Assembly (NCBI RefSeq): GCF_900116365.1
Contig: NZ_FPAG01000004.1
Location: 235,935-259,934, forward strand
Direction of reading: 5' to 3'
Source of the DNA: Zhouia amylolytica
Lineage (GTDB): Bacteria; Bacteroidota; Bacteroidia; Flavobacteriales; Flavobacteriaceae
Length of the DNA stretch: 24,000 nucleotides
The notes under the pieces are model-generated. The model saw nothing but the letters and a program-made list of their open reading frames with translations. It searched no databases and had not been told where the DNA came from. Within the stretch, counting starts at the first letter, position 1. Every line of letters begins with the position of its first letter. The position numbers were made by a program, and so were the translations under genes. Below, in pieces: positions 1 through 10,047 of this stretch.

Positions 1-11
1 ATGATCTATAA

Positions 12-62
12 GGATAACATAGGGATATAATGGGGATAATATGGGGATAACATGGGGATAAC
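12..62. repeat. Imperfect ~11-bp tandem repeat (GGGGATAAYAT-like), about 4.5 copies, abutting the window edge
   Basis: Read directly: GGATAACAT (12-20), AGGGATATAAT (21-31), GGGGATAATAT (32-42), GGGGATAACAT (43-53), GGGGATAAC (54-62). The unit contains TAA and the 11-bp period shifts frame at each copy, so + strand reading is interrupted. No listed ORF covers it. It may continue upstream of the window. Confidence 0.7.
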
Positions 63-356
63 TTTGCTTTTTGTAAGAAAAAGCCTCGCTTTTGTTATGG
101 GGGATTGGGGCCTTTACCTTTGTTTTTTAGGTCCTTGGTTTAGACGGGAGTTTAACGTTTTGGTCATGATTTTCTTTTGAAGCCATCAGTTGTTTTGAGT
201 ACCATATAAGGGGTTTCGAAAAACGCTTTATGATGTTTAGTTTAAGGAGCTATTAGTGTAAACTGTCTAATTTTAACAATACGTCAATTATTTGATTAAA
301 AAAATCGTAAATAGAAAAAATATGTATATTGTTCTTGCATTAAAAACAAACTAAGT

Positions 357-3116
357 ATGATGAGAACATTATTTTGTGGGCTTTTGATGTTATTCAGTCT
401 TTGTGCGTTTTCGCAAACGACAATAACAGGTAAAGTAGTCGATCAAGACAATCAGCCCATACCCGGGGCTAATGTGGTAATAATTGGTAAAGCTGAGGGG
501 GCAGTAACCGATTTCAATGGGAGATTTTCCCTAACCACTGATCAAACACCTCCATTCAAACTTCGAGTTACAAGTATTGGGTTTTCTTCTGTTGAGCTTG
601 AAGTGACTTCTGATAATCAAAATTTAGATATTATTCTTGAGGAAGCTCAGACCCAGCTGGATGAGATTGTGGTTTCTGCTTCCAGAACACCTGAAAGGAT
701 CTTTGAATCGCCGGTAACTGTTGAGCGATTTGGATTAAAGGAAATTAAGAATGCAGCTGCTCCGGATTTTTATTCGGGGTTGGAAAACCTAAAAGGAGTT
801 GATATCAACACCAATAGTTTAACGTTTCAATCGATCAATACCAGAGGGTTTGCGACTTTTGCGAACAACCGTTTTGTGCAATTGGTGGATGGAATGGATA
901 ATACTTCTCCTGCCTTAAACTTTGTTTTAGGAAATTTATTGGGAATGACAGAGCTCGATGTGAATAGTGTTGAGTTGTTGCCCGGTGCTTCTTCTGCGTT
1001 GTATGGGGCTAATGCCTTTAACGGGATTTTGTTTATGACCAGTAAGGATCCGTTTAAATTTAACGGTTTGAGTGCGTATGCTAAATCGGGGTTTACTTCT
1101 CAAGAAGCTGCCGGAGATAATCAATACTATGATTTCGGTATTCGTGCTGCTCATAAGTTTTCAGATAAATTCGCTGGAAAAGTAAACTTCTCCTATTTAA
1201 ACGGGACTGATTGGTGGGCTGTAAGTGAAGAAGATGTTTTGAATCCTGGGAGAACTCGTGCGCATCAAAATTACGATGGGTTGAATATTTACGGGGATGA
1301 AGTAAGTACGAATATCAGAGCCGTGGGAGCGGCTTTGGCTGATATGGGACTTATTCCTTCCGGTGCAGAGAATTTATTGCCTGATGAAAATGTGAGTCGA
1401 ACCGGTTACGCCGAAAGAGATCTGACTGATTATAATGCGGAGAGTGTTAAGTTTGACGCCTCGTTACATTACAGACCATTTGCAGATGATTTTGAGATCA
1501 TATATCAAGGAAAATTAGGTAAAGGAACTACTATTTACCAAGGGTCGAACCGTTATTCTATTAAAGATTTTTTTCTGCAACAACATAAATTGGAATTCAG
1601 GAATGATAATTTCTTCGTTAGGGGGTATATAACGAGTGAAGATGCAGGTGATTCATATGATATGAGATTTGCAGGTATTAACATCAACCGTGCGTGGAAA
1701 GATGATTCAACCTGGTTTGGTGAATACGCAGGGGCTTACCTTCAGGCTTCTCTTGCAGGGGCGAATTCGGAGCAGGCTCATATGGTGGCGCGCCAAACGG
1801 CGGATACCGGTAGGTTGATTCCGGGTACAGCCGCATTTGAGTCTACCTTTAACAGGGTGATAAGTGATCCTGACTTTACTAAAGGAGCGCAGTTCAAGGA
1901 TGAGACTAAGATGAGGCATGTAGATGTAAATTACAATTTTTCACATTTAACTGATGACTTTGCGGAAGTACAGGTTGGGGGGTCTTTCAGAGAATATGTT
2001 TTGAATTCATTTGGAACGATCTTTACGGATGCCAACGGTCCGATAAGTTATTCGGAAATTGGTGCGTATGCTCAAATTCAGAAAAAATTCGCAGATGATC
2101 GTTTAAAGGTGACTGCATCAGGGAGGTATGATAAATCACAACTTTTTGATGGGTTCTTTTCTCCTCGGTTGTCATTAGGTTACACTATGGGGGGAGCCCG
2201 TAATCATAATTTAAGAGCATCTTATCAGACGGGATTCAGGAACCCTACTACCCAGGATCTTTTTATCGGTTTGGATGCCGGCAGAGCTATTTTGGTAGGG
2301 TCGGCTGAAGAAAATCTCGACAGGGATGTTAGGGAATTCAGAGTGAATAATATTGCTGCCAATGGCGGGAATGATACCGCTACGATTCTTGGACGTGAAG
2401 CTTATGAAAATTCATTTACTTTAAATTCTGTAAATAACGGAACCTTTCAGAAATCTGATGTTTCTTTAGTTGAGCCGGAAAAAGTGCAGTCTTTTGAGGT
2501 TGGTTACCGTGGTGAGGTAAGTAAGGTGACGATTGATTTAAGTGTGTACTATAATATTTATGATAAGTTTATAGCGAATGAGACTGTTATTGTTCCGTTC
2601 TATGGCGAAGTGGGTGATAACTCTTTGTCTTTGCTGGCCATGCAGAGTGGCGACTTCAAACCTTATCAGACTTATACGAATTCGGATGCTGATGTAAAAT
2701 CTTATGGTGCCTCGATCGGGCTTGATTATAGGATTTTTGGAAATTTTGATTTAGGAGGAAGTTATACGTATGCTAAACAAGATTTTGATCAGGCTTCTGC
2801 TCCTGACTTCAGAACAAGTTTTAATACTCCTGAGCATAAAGTAAAGGTGTCATTTGGCAATACGGATCTTTTTGAGAATTTCGGATTCAATATCGATTAC
2901 AGATGGAGTGATTCATACTTTTGGCAAGCTACTTTTGCTGACGGAAATATTTCATCATACAGTGTTTTTGACGCCCAGATTAACTACAGGGTTCCAAGTT
3001 TGAAGTCTACCTTTAAGGTGGGAGGTTCTAATATTGGTGGGAAGGATTATTTCACTGCCATAGGAACAGGGTATATAGGATCTCAATTTTATGTTTCCTG
3101 GGTAATCAATAATTAA
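357..3116 (+). CDS. TonB-dependent outer-membrane receptor with N-terminal CarboxypepD_reg-like domain
   Basis: 919-aa ORF. Signal peptide MMRTLFCGLLMLFSLCAFSQ. Carboxypeptidase-regulatory-like domain (ITGKVVDQDNQPIPGANVVI...TDFNGRFSL). Plug-like region (DEIVVSASRTPERIFESPVTVERF...NLKGVDI...RGF...NRFVQLVDGMDN). Long Gly/Tyr/Asn-rich beta-barrel region. Confidence 0.9.
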   Translation: MMRTLFCGLLMLFSLCAFSQTTITGKVVDQDNQPIPGANVVIIGKAEGAVTDFNGRFSLTTDQTPPFKLRVTSIGFSSVELEVTSDNQNLDIILEEAQTQLDEIVVSASRTPERIFESPVTVERFGLKEIKNAAAPDFYSGLENLKGVDINTNSLTFQSINTRGFATFANNRFVQLVDGMDNTSPALNFVLGNLLGMTELDVNSVELLPGASSALYGANAFNGILFMTSKDPFKFNGLSAYAKSGFTSQEAAGDNQYYDFGIRAAHKFSDKFAGKVNFSYLNGTDWWAVSEEDVLNPGRTRAHQNYDGLNIYGDEVSTNIRAVGAALADMGLIPSGAENLLPDENVSRTGYAERDLTDYNAESVKFDASLHYRPFADDFEIIYQGKLGKGTTIYQGSNRYSIKDFFLQQHKLEFRNDNFFVRGYITSEDAGDSYDMRFAGININRAWKDDSTWFGEYAGAYLQASLAGANSEQAHMVARQTADTGRLIPGTAAFESTFNRVISDPDFTKGAQFKDETKMRHVDVNYNFSHLTDDFAEVQVGGSFREYVLNSFGTIFTDANGPISYSEIGAYAQIQKKFADDRLKVTASGRYDKSQLFDGFFSPRLSLGYTMGGARNHNLRASYQTGFRNPTTQDLFIGLDAGRAILVGSAEENLDRDVREFRVNNIAANGGNDTATILGREAYENSFTLNSVNNGTFQKSDVSLVEPEKVQSFEVGYRGEVSKVTIDLSVYYNIYDKFIANETVIVPFYGEVGDNSLSLLAMQSGDFKPYQTYTNSDADVKSYGASIGLDYRIFGNFDLGGSYTYAKQDFDQASAPDFRTSFNTPEHKVKVSFGNTDLFENFGFNIDYRWSDSYFWQATFADGNISSYSVFDAQINYRVPSLKSTFKVGGSNIGGKDYFTAIGTGYIGSQFYVSWVINN

Positions 3117-3141
3117 AAGAATTCATTTAAAAAATATTCCA

Positions 3142-4764
3142 ATGAAAATAAATTATAAATGGCTTTTACTTTTGGCGTTTGGCTTTATAGCATGTGACTC
3201 TGATGATGATATGTCTTCTGAGGGGCCGGATGCAGTAATGCTAACTTCAGGTGAAGCCGATTTTTCAACATACGTGGCGGTAGGGAGTTCGCTGTCTGCC
3301 GGATATTCAGATGGAGCTCTTTTTATTGCTTCGCAAATCAATTCATTTCCTAACATATTGGCATCAAAATTCCAAATGGCGGGGGGAGGTGCATTTACCC
3401 AGCCTTTAATGGGTGATAATTTAGGAGGAATGCTTGTTGGGGGTAATCAGTTATTAGAGAACAGGTTGTTCTTTAACGGTGAGTTGCCGGAGCGGTTGCC
3501 CGGTACACCAACCACTGAAGCTACCAATGTAATGCCGGGGCCTTATAATAATATGGGGATTACCGGGGCAAAGATTTTTCACCTGGGGGTGGAAGGTTAT
3601 GGGAGTCCAGCCGCATTGTCTGTTGGGGCTGCCAATCCGTATTATGTTAGGATGGCATCGAGTCCGGGCGCGAGTGTTATAGGAGATGCGTTGTCTTTAG
3701 CTCCCACTTTTTTTACCTTATGGGCAGGTAGTGATGATGTATTGGCATATGCTGTGAGCGGAGGTATAGGAGAAGACCAAGCCGGGAATTTTAATCCGGA
3801 AACATATGGTTCAAATGATATTACTGATCCTGCTGTCTTTTCACAGGCATTCTCGGGTATATTGACCTTGTTAACCAGTAATGGGGCTACGGGTGTTGTG
3901 GCGAACATACCAGATGTAACCGCATTACCTTATTTTACTACGGTGCCTCATGCTCCGCTAGACCCGACTAACGAAGATTTTGGGCCTCAAATCCCTCTGT
4001 TGAATACAATATTCGGGGCATTGAATCAAATATTTGTTGCTCTTGGAGAAGGAGAGCGAGCGGTTGTGTTCTCTGAAACCTCTGCTAGTCCTGTGGTTAT
4101 TAAGGACGAGAGTTTAACAGATATATCAGCACAAATTGAAGCTGCCTTAAATGCGAGTGAAACATTTCCACAGTTTATAGCTCAATTTGGATTGCCACCT
4201 GAAGCAGCTCCGGGAGTTGCTAATTTGTTGGGAGTAATGTATGGTCAGTCGAGACAGGCCACGGAAGCTGATTTACTGGTTTTAACAAGTTCTTCGGTGA
4301 TTGGGGAGGTGAATACAGCTGCTGTGCAATTTTTAATGTCCAGAGGGTTATCGCAGGAATTGGCGGCACAATTTTCGGTGGAAGGGATTACGTATCCGCT
4401 TGATGATGGATGGGTGTTGTTGCCTTCTGAACAGAATGAAATTAAAACTGCTACCACAGCTTTTAATACGACTATTGAGAGTTTGGCTTCGCAAAACGGT
4501 TTGGCGTTTGTAGATGCGCACGCTTTGATGAATGAGGTTGCTTCCGGGGGGCTGCCTTTTGATGAATTTACTTTAAACTCAAGTTTGGTCTTTGGAAATA
4601 CTTTTTCTTTAGATGGAGTCCATCCTACGGCCAGAGGTTATGCATTTATAGCCAATCAGTTTATGTTGGCCATAGATGCTGCATATGGTTCGAATTTTGA
4701 GGAGGCTGGTGTTTTGGCAAAGGCAGGGGATTATGGTACGATGTATCCGGTTGAATTACCTTAG
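3142..4764 (+). CDS. Surface lipoprotein of the SGNH/GDSL hydrolase (lipolytic/esterase) superfamily
   Basis: 540-aa ORF starting 25 nt after the receptor stop. Lipoprotein signal with lipobox Cys18 (LLLLAFGFIAC-DSDD). SGNH block I-like VAVGSSLSAGY. Block V-like SLDGVHPT (Asp-x-x-His) near the C-terminus. Confidence 0.75.
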   Translation: MKINYKWLLLLAFGFIACDSDDDMSSEGPDAVMLTSGEADFSTYVAVGSSLSAGYSDGALFIASQINSFPNILASKFQMAGGGAFTQPLMGDNLGGMLVGGNQLLENRLFFNGELPERLPGTPTTEATNVMPGPYNNMGITGAKIFHLGVEGYGSPAALSVGAANPYYVRMASSPGASVIGDALSLAPTFFTLWAGSDDVLAYAVSGGIGEDQAGNFNPETYGSNDITDPAVFSQAFSGILTLLTSNGATGVVANIPDVTALPYFTTVPHAPLDPTNEDFGPQIPLLNTIFGALNQIFVALGEGERAVVFSETSASPVVIKDESLTDISAQIEAALNASETFPQFIAQFGLPPEAAPGVANLLGVMYGQSRQATEADLLVLTSSSVIGEVNTAAVQFLMSRGLSQELAAQFSVEGITYPLDDGWVLLPSEQNEIKTATTAFNTTIESLASQNGLAFVDAHALMNEVASGGLPFDEFTLNSSLVFGNTFSLDGVHPTARGYAFIANQFMLAIDAAYGSNFEEAGVLAKAGDYGTMYPVELP

Positions 4765-4786
4765 AGAGTGATAAATATAGTTTTTT

Positions 4787-4822
4787 GAAGGTCGGCATTA
4801 TCAGATGTCGACCTTTGTTTTT
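4787..4822 (+). terminator. Rho-independent terminator after the receptor/lipoprotein pair
   Basis: Stem 4787-4796 (GAAGGTCGGC) pairs with 4807-4816 (GTCGACCTTT), including two G-U wobbles. 10-nt loop. Followed by TTTGTTTTT. Confidence 0.75.
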
Positions 4823-4897
4823 ATAAAGAGATGAGGAAGTCCGATAATTGGAATTAAAAAAAAATAATATCGGTTACTTTTTTTTCAATTAAAAACA

Positions 4898-4905
4898 TAT
4901 CTTTG
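4898..4905 (+). promoter_or_regulatory. Candidate Bacteroidota sigma-A -7 box (TATCTTTG, matches TAnnTTTG) upstream of atpD
   Basis: Exact match to the TAnnTTTG consensus, 85 nt upstream of the atpD ATG and after the upstream terminator. I could not find a convincing -33 TTG at canonical spacing. Confidence 0.4.
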
Positions 4906-4986
4906 CACCGCGAAAAAAGCATCTTTTTGAGATGTTGTAAAGAAAATATGATTTCGCTTTTAATACGCTAAACATTAAATAGTTGA

Positions 4987-6498
<1,512 letters not shown>

Positions 6499-6521
6499 TT
6501 TAATATCAAATTAAAAGGCAT

Positions 6522-6800
6522 ATGTATTTAGAAATAGTATCACCCGAAGCAACATTATTTAAAGGAGAGGTTGAGTCAATTGCCGTTCCTGGTATAAATG
6601 GTGAGTTTCAAATGCTTAAAGATCACGCCCCAATAGTTTCAATCCTTGGAAAAGGTGATGTGAAGATATTTGGTGATGTGGAATTGGGAAAAGAGTTCGC
6701 TGATAAGTTTTCTAAAGGTGATAAGAATGAAACCTTATTACCAATCAATAGTGGAACTATTGAACTCAACAACAATAAAGTAATTATTTTAGCTGACTAG
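6522..6800 (+). CDS. atpC: F1F0 ATP synthase subunit epsilon, short form (beta-sandwich domain only)
   Basis: 92 aa, 23 nt after atpD. N-terminus LEIVSPEATLFKGEVESIAVPGINGEFQMLKDHAP matches the epsilon beta-sandwich. The protein ends ...NKVIILAD, which aligns with E. coli ...NVTVLAD at the sandwich/helix boundary. Confidence 0.9.
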   Translation: MYLEIVSPEATLFKGEVESIAVPGINGEFQMLKDHAPIVSILGKGDVKIFGDVELGKEFADKFSKGDKNETLLPINSGTIELNNNKVIILAD

Positions 6801-6823
6801 TTTCAGTAAATAAATATAATACT

Positions 6824-6856
6824 AAAAAAAAACCGGACTTTTGGTCCGGTTTTTTT
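6824..6856. terminator. Bidirectional rho-independent terminator between convergent atpC and the M61 peptidase gene
   Basis: A9 run (6824-6832), stem CCGGAC (6833-6838) / GTCCGG (6844-6849), 5-nt loop, T7 run (6850-6856). The symmetric A/T flanks allow termination on both strands. Confidence 0.9.
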
Positions 6857-6923
6857 ATGCTTTCTATTGAGCAGGGATTAAATTGTCATCTAATTGATTA
6901 TATGTTGAAAGTGGCTGTCTGGA

Positions 6924-8693
6924 TTAGTTTAACAGCCACTCACTTCGCTTTTTCAATTGTTTTTTCGAGGCTTTGTCATCAATACTAATGGTGTAGGTTG
7001 GATCTGAAGAAAGGATGAGAGTTGTATTTTTCTTTACACCGTGTCTTTCAAATTCTACTGTAATTTTATCACCTGGTTTATAGGTGGTGATCAGGTCTTT
7101 GAAGTTTCCGTCTACTTTTTTCCCGTCAATACTTAAGATCGTATCACCCATATCTAATTTTGCTTTATATGCGGGAGTATTTTGAGCGATGTTCTTTTGT
7201 ATCGCGTTCTGACCATTCAAGCTTATTCCGCTATATGCTTTGGAGGCATCCTGATTGATTTGGATACCTACTTTAGAGAATAAGGTTTTGTGATCCGGCA
7301 TTTCACTTTTGTATATATAGTTATTGAAGAAATTTGTAGCGAATGTTGTTCCGGCATATTCTTTTAGTGCTTCTTCTAATTTCTTAATGGTATATGGCTG
7401 TTCTTTTTTTCCGTATTTGATCCATACGAGTTTCATATAATCATCTAAATTAAGCCTTTCTGCACGTAGTGACAGGTCTAAAGCCAAACCAAGGACGCTT
7501 CCGTAGGAGTAATATGAAATAAAGGTGTTTTCTCGGTTTACCGGATCGATGGAAGTTGCCGCATCTACAAAAGGAGCCTGATAGCTCATTTCAATGGGGT
7601 TAAAGTATTGCCTGGCAGGTGAATTCCATACGTAATTAAAAGTTCCGTTAAGGCTTTTAATGTACTGTTCCGGAGTGATAACCCCTGCTCTACTAAGGAT
7701 TAGATTGGTATAATAGCTTGTGAAGCCTTCAGCAAACCACAGCGCACCACTCATATTTGCTTTGGTAAAATCAAAAGGCTCCAGGGACTGAGGTCGGATA
7801 CGCTCTACATTCCATGCATGAAAGAATTCATGTGATACGGTTCCAATGTTACCTTGAATTCCTCCGTTCGCCAGACTTCGTGTACTGGTAAGGATAGTAG
7901 AGTTTCTGTGTTCCATGCCGTCACCACTGGCATTTGGTATGTAACAAGCTAAAAAGGTATAAGTGTCAAAGTCAAATTCCGGAAGTTCACCAAAGACTTT
8001 TTTCTGCTCTAAAACTGTTTTTTTTACATTTTCAAAGTAAGTGTCCAGTTCTTCTTCGGTGCCGTGATGATGTAATACGAATCGGATGGTTTGTCCGTCT
8101 ACATCAAAACTTCTTATAGAAAAGTCACTCACTTCTGTGGGGCTGTCCATAAAATACTGCAGATTTGGTGCCCAATAGATGTTAGCACCTGTTTCTTTTA
8201 ATTGAGTAGCTACCTTCCAGTTGAGATCTTTTCTTACGTTAAAGGTGATTTCCATGGGGAAGTCTTCCAGGGTCGGAGCGAACATAAAAGTTGCCGGCAT
8301 ATTCAGATGGGCGTGTGTTTCGTCTATTTGACTATAGGTGCCATCTCCCCGGTTGGCGAACAAAATATAATTGAGGTTTACTTCACCATCATGGTTCATT
8401 ATTTTCCATGAAAAAGGATCTGGACGCATTATTTTAAGTGGAGTCCCTTTGCTGTCTGTGGCTTTTACTCCATAAATGTTTTTAGCAAAATGGTGCACGG
8501 CGTATCGACCTGGAGAGGCGCTGCTCATTCTAACAGTTAAATTTTCGCCTTCCAATTCAGAAAATATAACATTAACGTTTGCTTCATGGTGTACTGCATT
8601 CTCAAAGGAGATCTTATAGGTTGATTTTTGTGCCTGGGTATAAAAGCTAAAAACACAGAACAGGGTTAAAAGGGGTGTGTATATTAATCGCAT
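6924..8693 (-). CDS. Secreted M61-family (glycyl aminopeptidase-like) zinc metallopeptidase with C-terminal PDZ domain
   Basis: 589 aa. Signal peptide MRLIYTPLLTLFCVFSFYTQAQ. Zinc motif HEFFHAWNVERIRP (HExxH). The C-terminal DMGDTILSIDGKKV...GDKITVEFERHG resembles a PDZ domain. Confidence 0.8.
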   Translation of the reverse strand: MRLIYTPLLTLFCVFSFYTQAQKSTYKISFENAVHHEANVNVIFSELEGENLTVRMSSASPGRYAVHHFAKNIYGVKATDSKGTPLKIMRPDPFSWKIMNHDGEVNLNYILFANRGDGTYSQIDETHAHLNMPATFMFAPTLEDFPMEITFNVRKDLNWKVATQLKETGANIYWAPNLQYFMDSPTEVSDFSIRSFDVDGQTIRFVLHHHGTEEELDTYFENVKKTVLEQKKVFGELPEFDFDTYTFLACYIPNASGDGMEHRNSTILTSTRSLANGGIQGNIGTVSHEFFHAWNVERIRPQSLEPFDFTKANMSGALWFAEGFTSYYTNLILSRAGVITPEQYIKSLNGTFNYVWNSPARQYFNPIEMSYQAPFVDAATSIDPVNRENTFISYYSYGSVLGLALDLSLRAERLNLDDYMKLVWIKYGKKEQPYTIKKLEEALKEYAGTTFATNFFNNYIYKSEMPDHKTLFSKVGIQINQDASKAYSGISLNGQNAIQKNIAQNTPAYKAKLDMGDTILSIDGKKVDGNFKDLITTYKPGDKITVEFERHGVKKNTTLILSSDPTYTISIDDKASKKQLKKRSEWLLN

Positions 8694-8747
8694 CAGAAAA
8701 GTTTTTTGCTAATATATTATTTAATTGAATGTTGATTACATTTGCGT

Positions 8748-9902
8748 ATGCCTAAGTTCCCAACAAAGCTTCAACAGAAAATAGATGAGCGCATTAGAAA
8801 TAATGCCCTCCGGGTATTGCCGGGTCTGAGTGATCATATAGATTTTTCTTCCAATGATTATTTAGGATTTTCTAAAGCGTCTTCCATTTTTAATGAGGCA
8901 GGTGCTATTTTAGAACGAACAGTTTCTCAATCTAATGGAGCTACCGGGTCCAGGTTAATTTCGGGCAATCATAAATTGTATGGTAAGGTTGAGGCCTTAT
9001 TGTGTGATTTTCACAATGCCGAGGCCTCGGTTGTTTTCAATTCGGGATACGATGCTAATATCGGTTTGTTTTCAAGTGTGCCTCAGAGGGGTGATGTTAT
9101 TTTATATGATGAATTCATTCATGCGAGTATCCGTGATGGCATTCAGATGAGCAATGCCAGGGCCTATAAGTTTAAGCATAACGATCTCGAGAATCTCGAA
9201 ATGTTAATGGGGAAGAATGTAGATGGGGTTAAGGAAGTGTATGTGGTTACAGAATCGGTCTTTTCGATGGATGGTGATGCTCCTGATTTGAAAAAGATGC
9301 TCGAAATAGTGGAACGAAGTGATGCGCGTTTAATTATAGACGAGGCACATGCCCTTGGGGTAATTGGAGAAAAGGGAGCTGGGATGTCGCAATATTTGGG
9401 ATTGGAAAGCAGGGTTTTTGCCAGAGTGGTAACTTTTGGGAAGGCTATGGGTTGTCATGGAGCTGCGGTACTCGGATCCTCTGAATTAATAACTTATCTG
9501 TTAAATTTTGCGCGCAGTTTGATCTATACAACTGCATTGCCTCCACATTCATTGGCGACTATATTAGCCTCTTACGGGAAACTTAAAAGTTTAGGAGCCG
9601 GTGACAGTCAATTATTGAAGTTGCTTAATAATATTGCTTTTTTCAAATCTGAGGTGTTACACAAGGGATTAAAAGAACATTTTATTGATAGTGATTCAGC
9701 GATCCAATGTTGTGTGATTCCGAGTAATGATAAGGTCAAGTTAATAGCTGCTCAACTTCAGGAAAAAGGATTTGGGGTTAAGGCTATTTTGTCACCAACG
9801 GTTCCTGCTGGTGAAGAGCGATTAAGATTTTGTCTTCACGGCTATAATTCCACGGTTGAAATTTCGGAAGTGTTGGGCTTGTTGGCTACTTTTGTGGTTT
9901 AA
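8748..9902 (+). CDS. bioF: 8-amino-7-oxononanoate synthase
   Basis: Class II aminotransferase-like. SNDYLGF substrate motif, SVFSMDGD, PLP-lysine motif VVTFGKAMG. The ORF track starts at TTG 8742. The ATG at 8748 is two codons downstream and more likely. Confidence 0.9.
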   Translation: MPKFPTKLQQKIDERIRNNALRVLPGLSDHIDFSSNDYLGFSKASSIFNEAGAILERTVSQSNGATGSRLISGNHKLYGKVEALLCDFHNAEASVVFNSGYDANIGLFSSVPQRGDVILYDEFIHASIRDGIQMSNARAYKFKHNDLENLEMLMGKNVDGVKEVYVVTESVFSMDGDAPDLKKMLEIVERSDARLIIDEAHALGVIGEKGAGMSQYLGLESRVFARVVTFGKAMGCHGAAVLGSSELITYLLNFARSLIYTTALPPHSLATILASYGKLKSLGAGDSQLLKLLNNIAFFKSEVLHKGLKEHFIDSDSAIQCCVIPSNDKVKLIAAQLQEKGFGVKAILSPTVPAGEERLRFCLHGYNSTVEISEVLGLLATFVV

Positions 9903-9911
9903 GAATCCGAC

Positions 9912-9952
9912 ATACTGAAATTGTTTCAGTGTCCCATTGTGATATACAATGG
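9912..9952 (+). promoter_or_regulatory. Two back-to-back perfect hairpins/palindromes immediately after the bioF stop
   Basis: HP1: ACTGAAA-ttg-TTTCAGT (9914-9930), extendable to 9912-9932. HP2: CCATTGT-gatat-ACAATGG (9934-9952). No U-tract follows, so this is not a canonical terminator. Confidence 0.6.
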
Positions 9953-10015
9953 AAGTTAGATTTAATTAAGCAAATGAATCCAACATTACAAATATTGAAT
10001 TATAAAATTGATGAG

Positions 10016-10036
10016 ATGCTGAAGTGAATTCAGCAT
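10016..10036 (+). promoter_or_regulatory. Perfect 8-bp-stem hairpin/palindrome 11 nt upstream of bioD
   Basis: ATGCTGAA-gtgaa-TTCAGCAT. Shares the core CTGAA-N5-TTCAG with HP1. The two centres (9922 and 10026) are 104 bp apart. Confidence 0.6.
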
Positions 10037-10047
10037 AACGATACCGT

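Noticed and set aside
12-62. Whether the edge repeat could be a CRISPR array or a minisatellite within a gene.
   Set aside because: The period is only 11 bp with no spacers, so it is not CRISPR. It carries stop codons and lies in no listed ORF. I kept it only as a non-coding tandem repeat.
63-356. A possible riboswitch or small RNA in the ~290-nt region upstream of the TonB-dependent receptor.
   Set aside because: I could not find the conserved cores of the cobalamin (B12 box), TPP or other riboswitches I know, and there are only weak AT-rich hairpins. A covariance-model scan (Rfam/Infernal) would be needed to exclude one.
8737-8744. TACATTTG, an exact TAnnTTTG -7 box match just upstream of bioF.
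   Set aside because: It ends 3 nt before ATG 8748 and overlaps TTG 8742. The predicted transcription start would therefore fall at or beyond the start codon. It is usable only if bioF is leaderless, which I cannot support from sequence alone.
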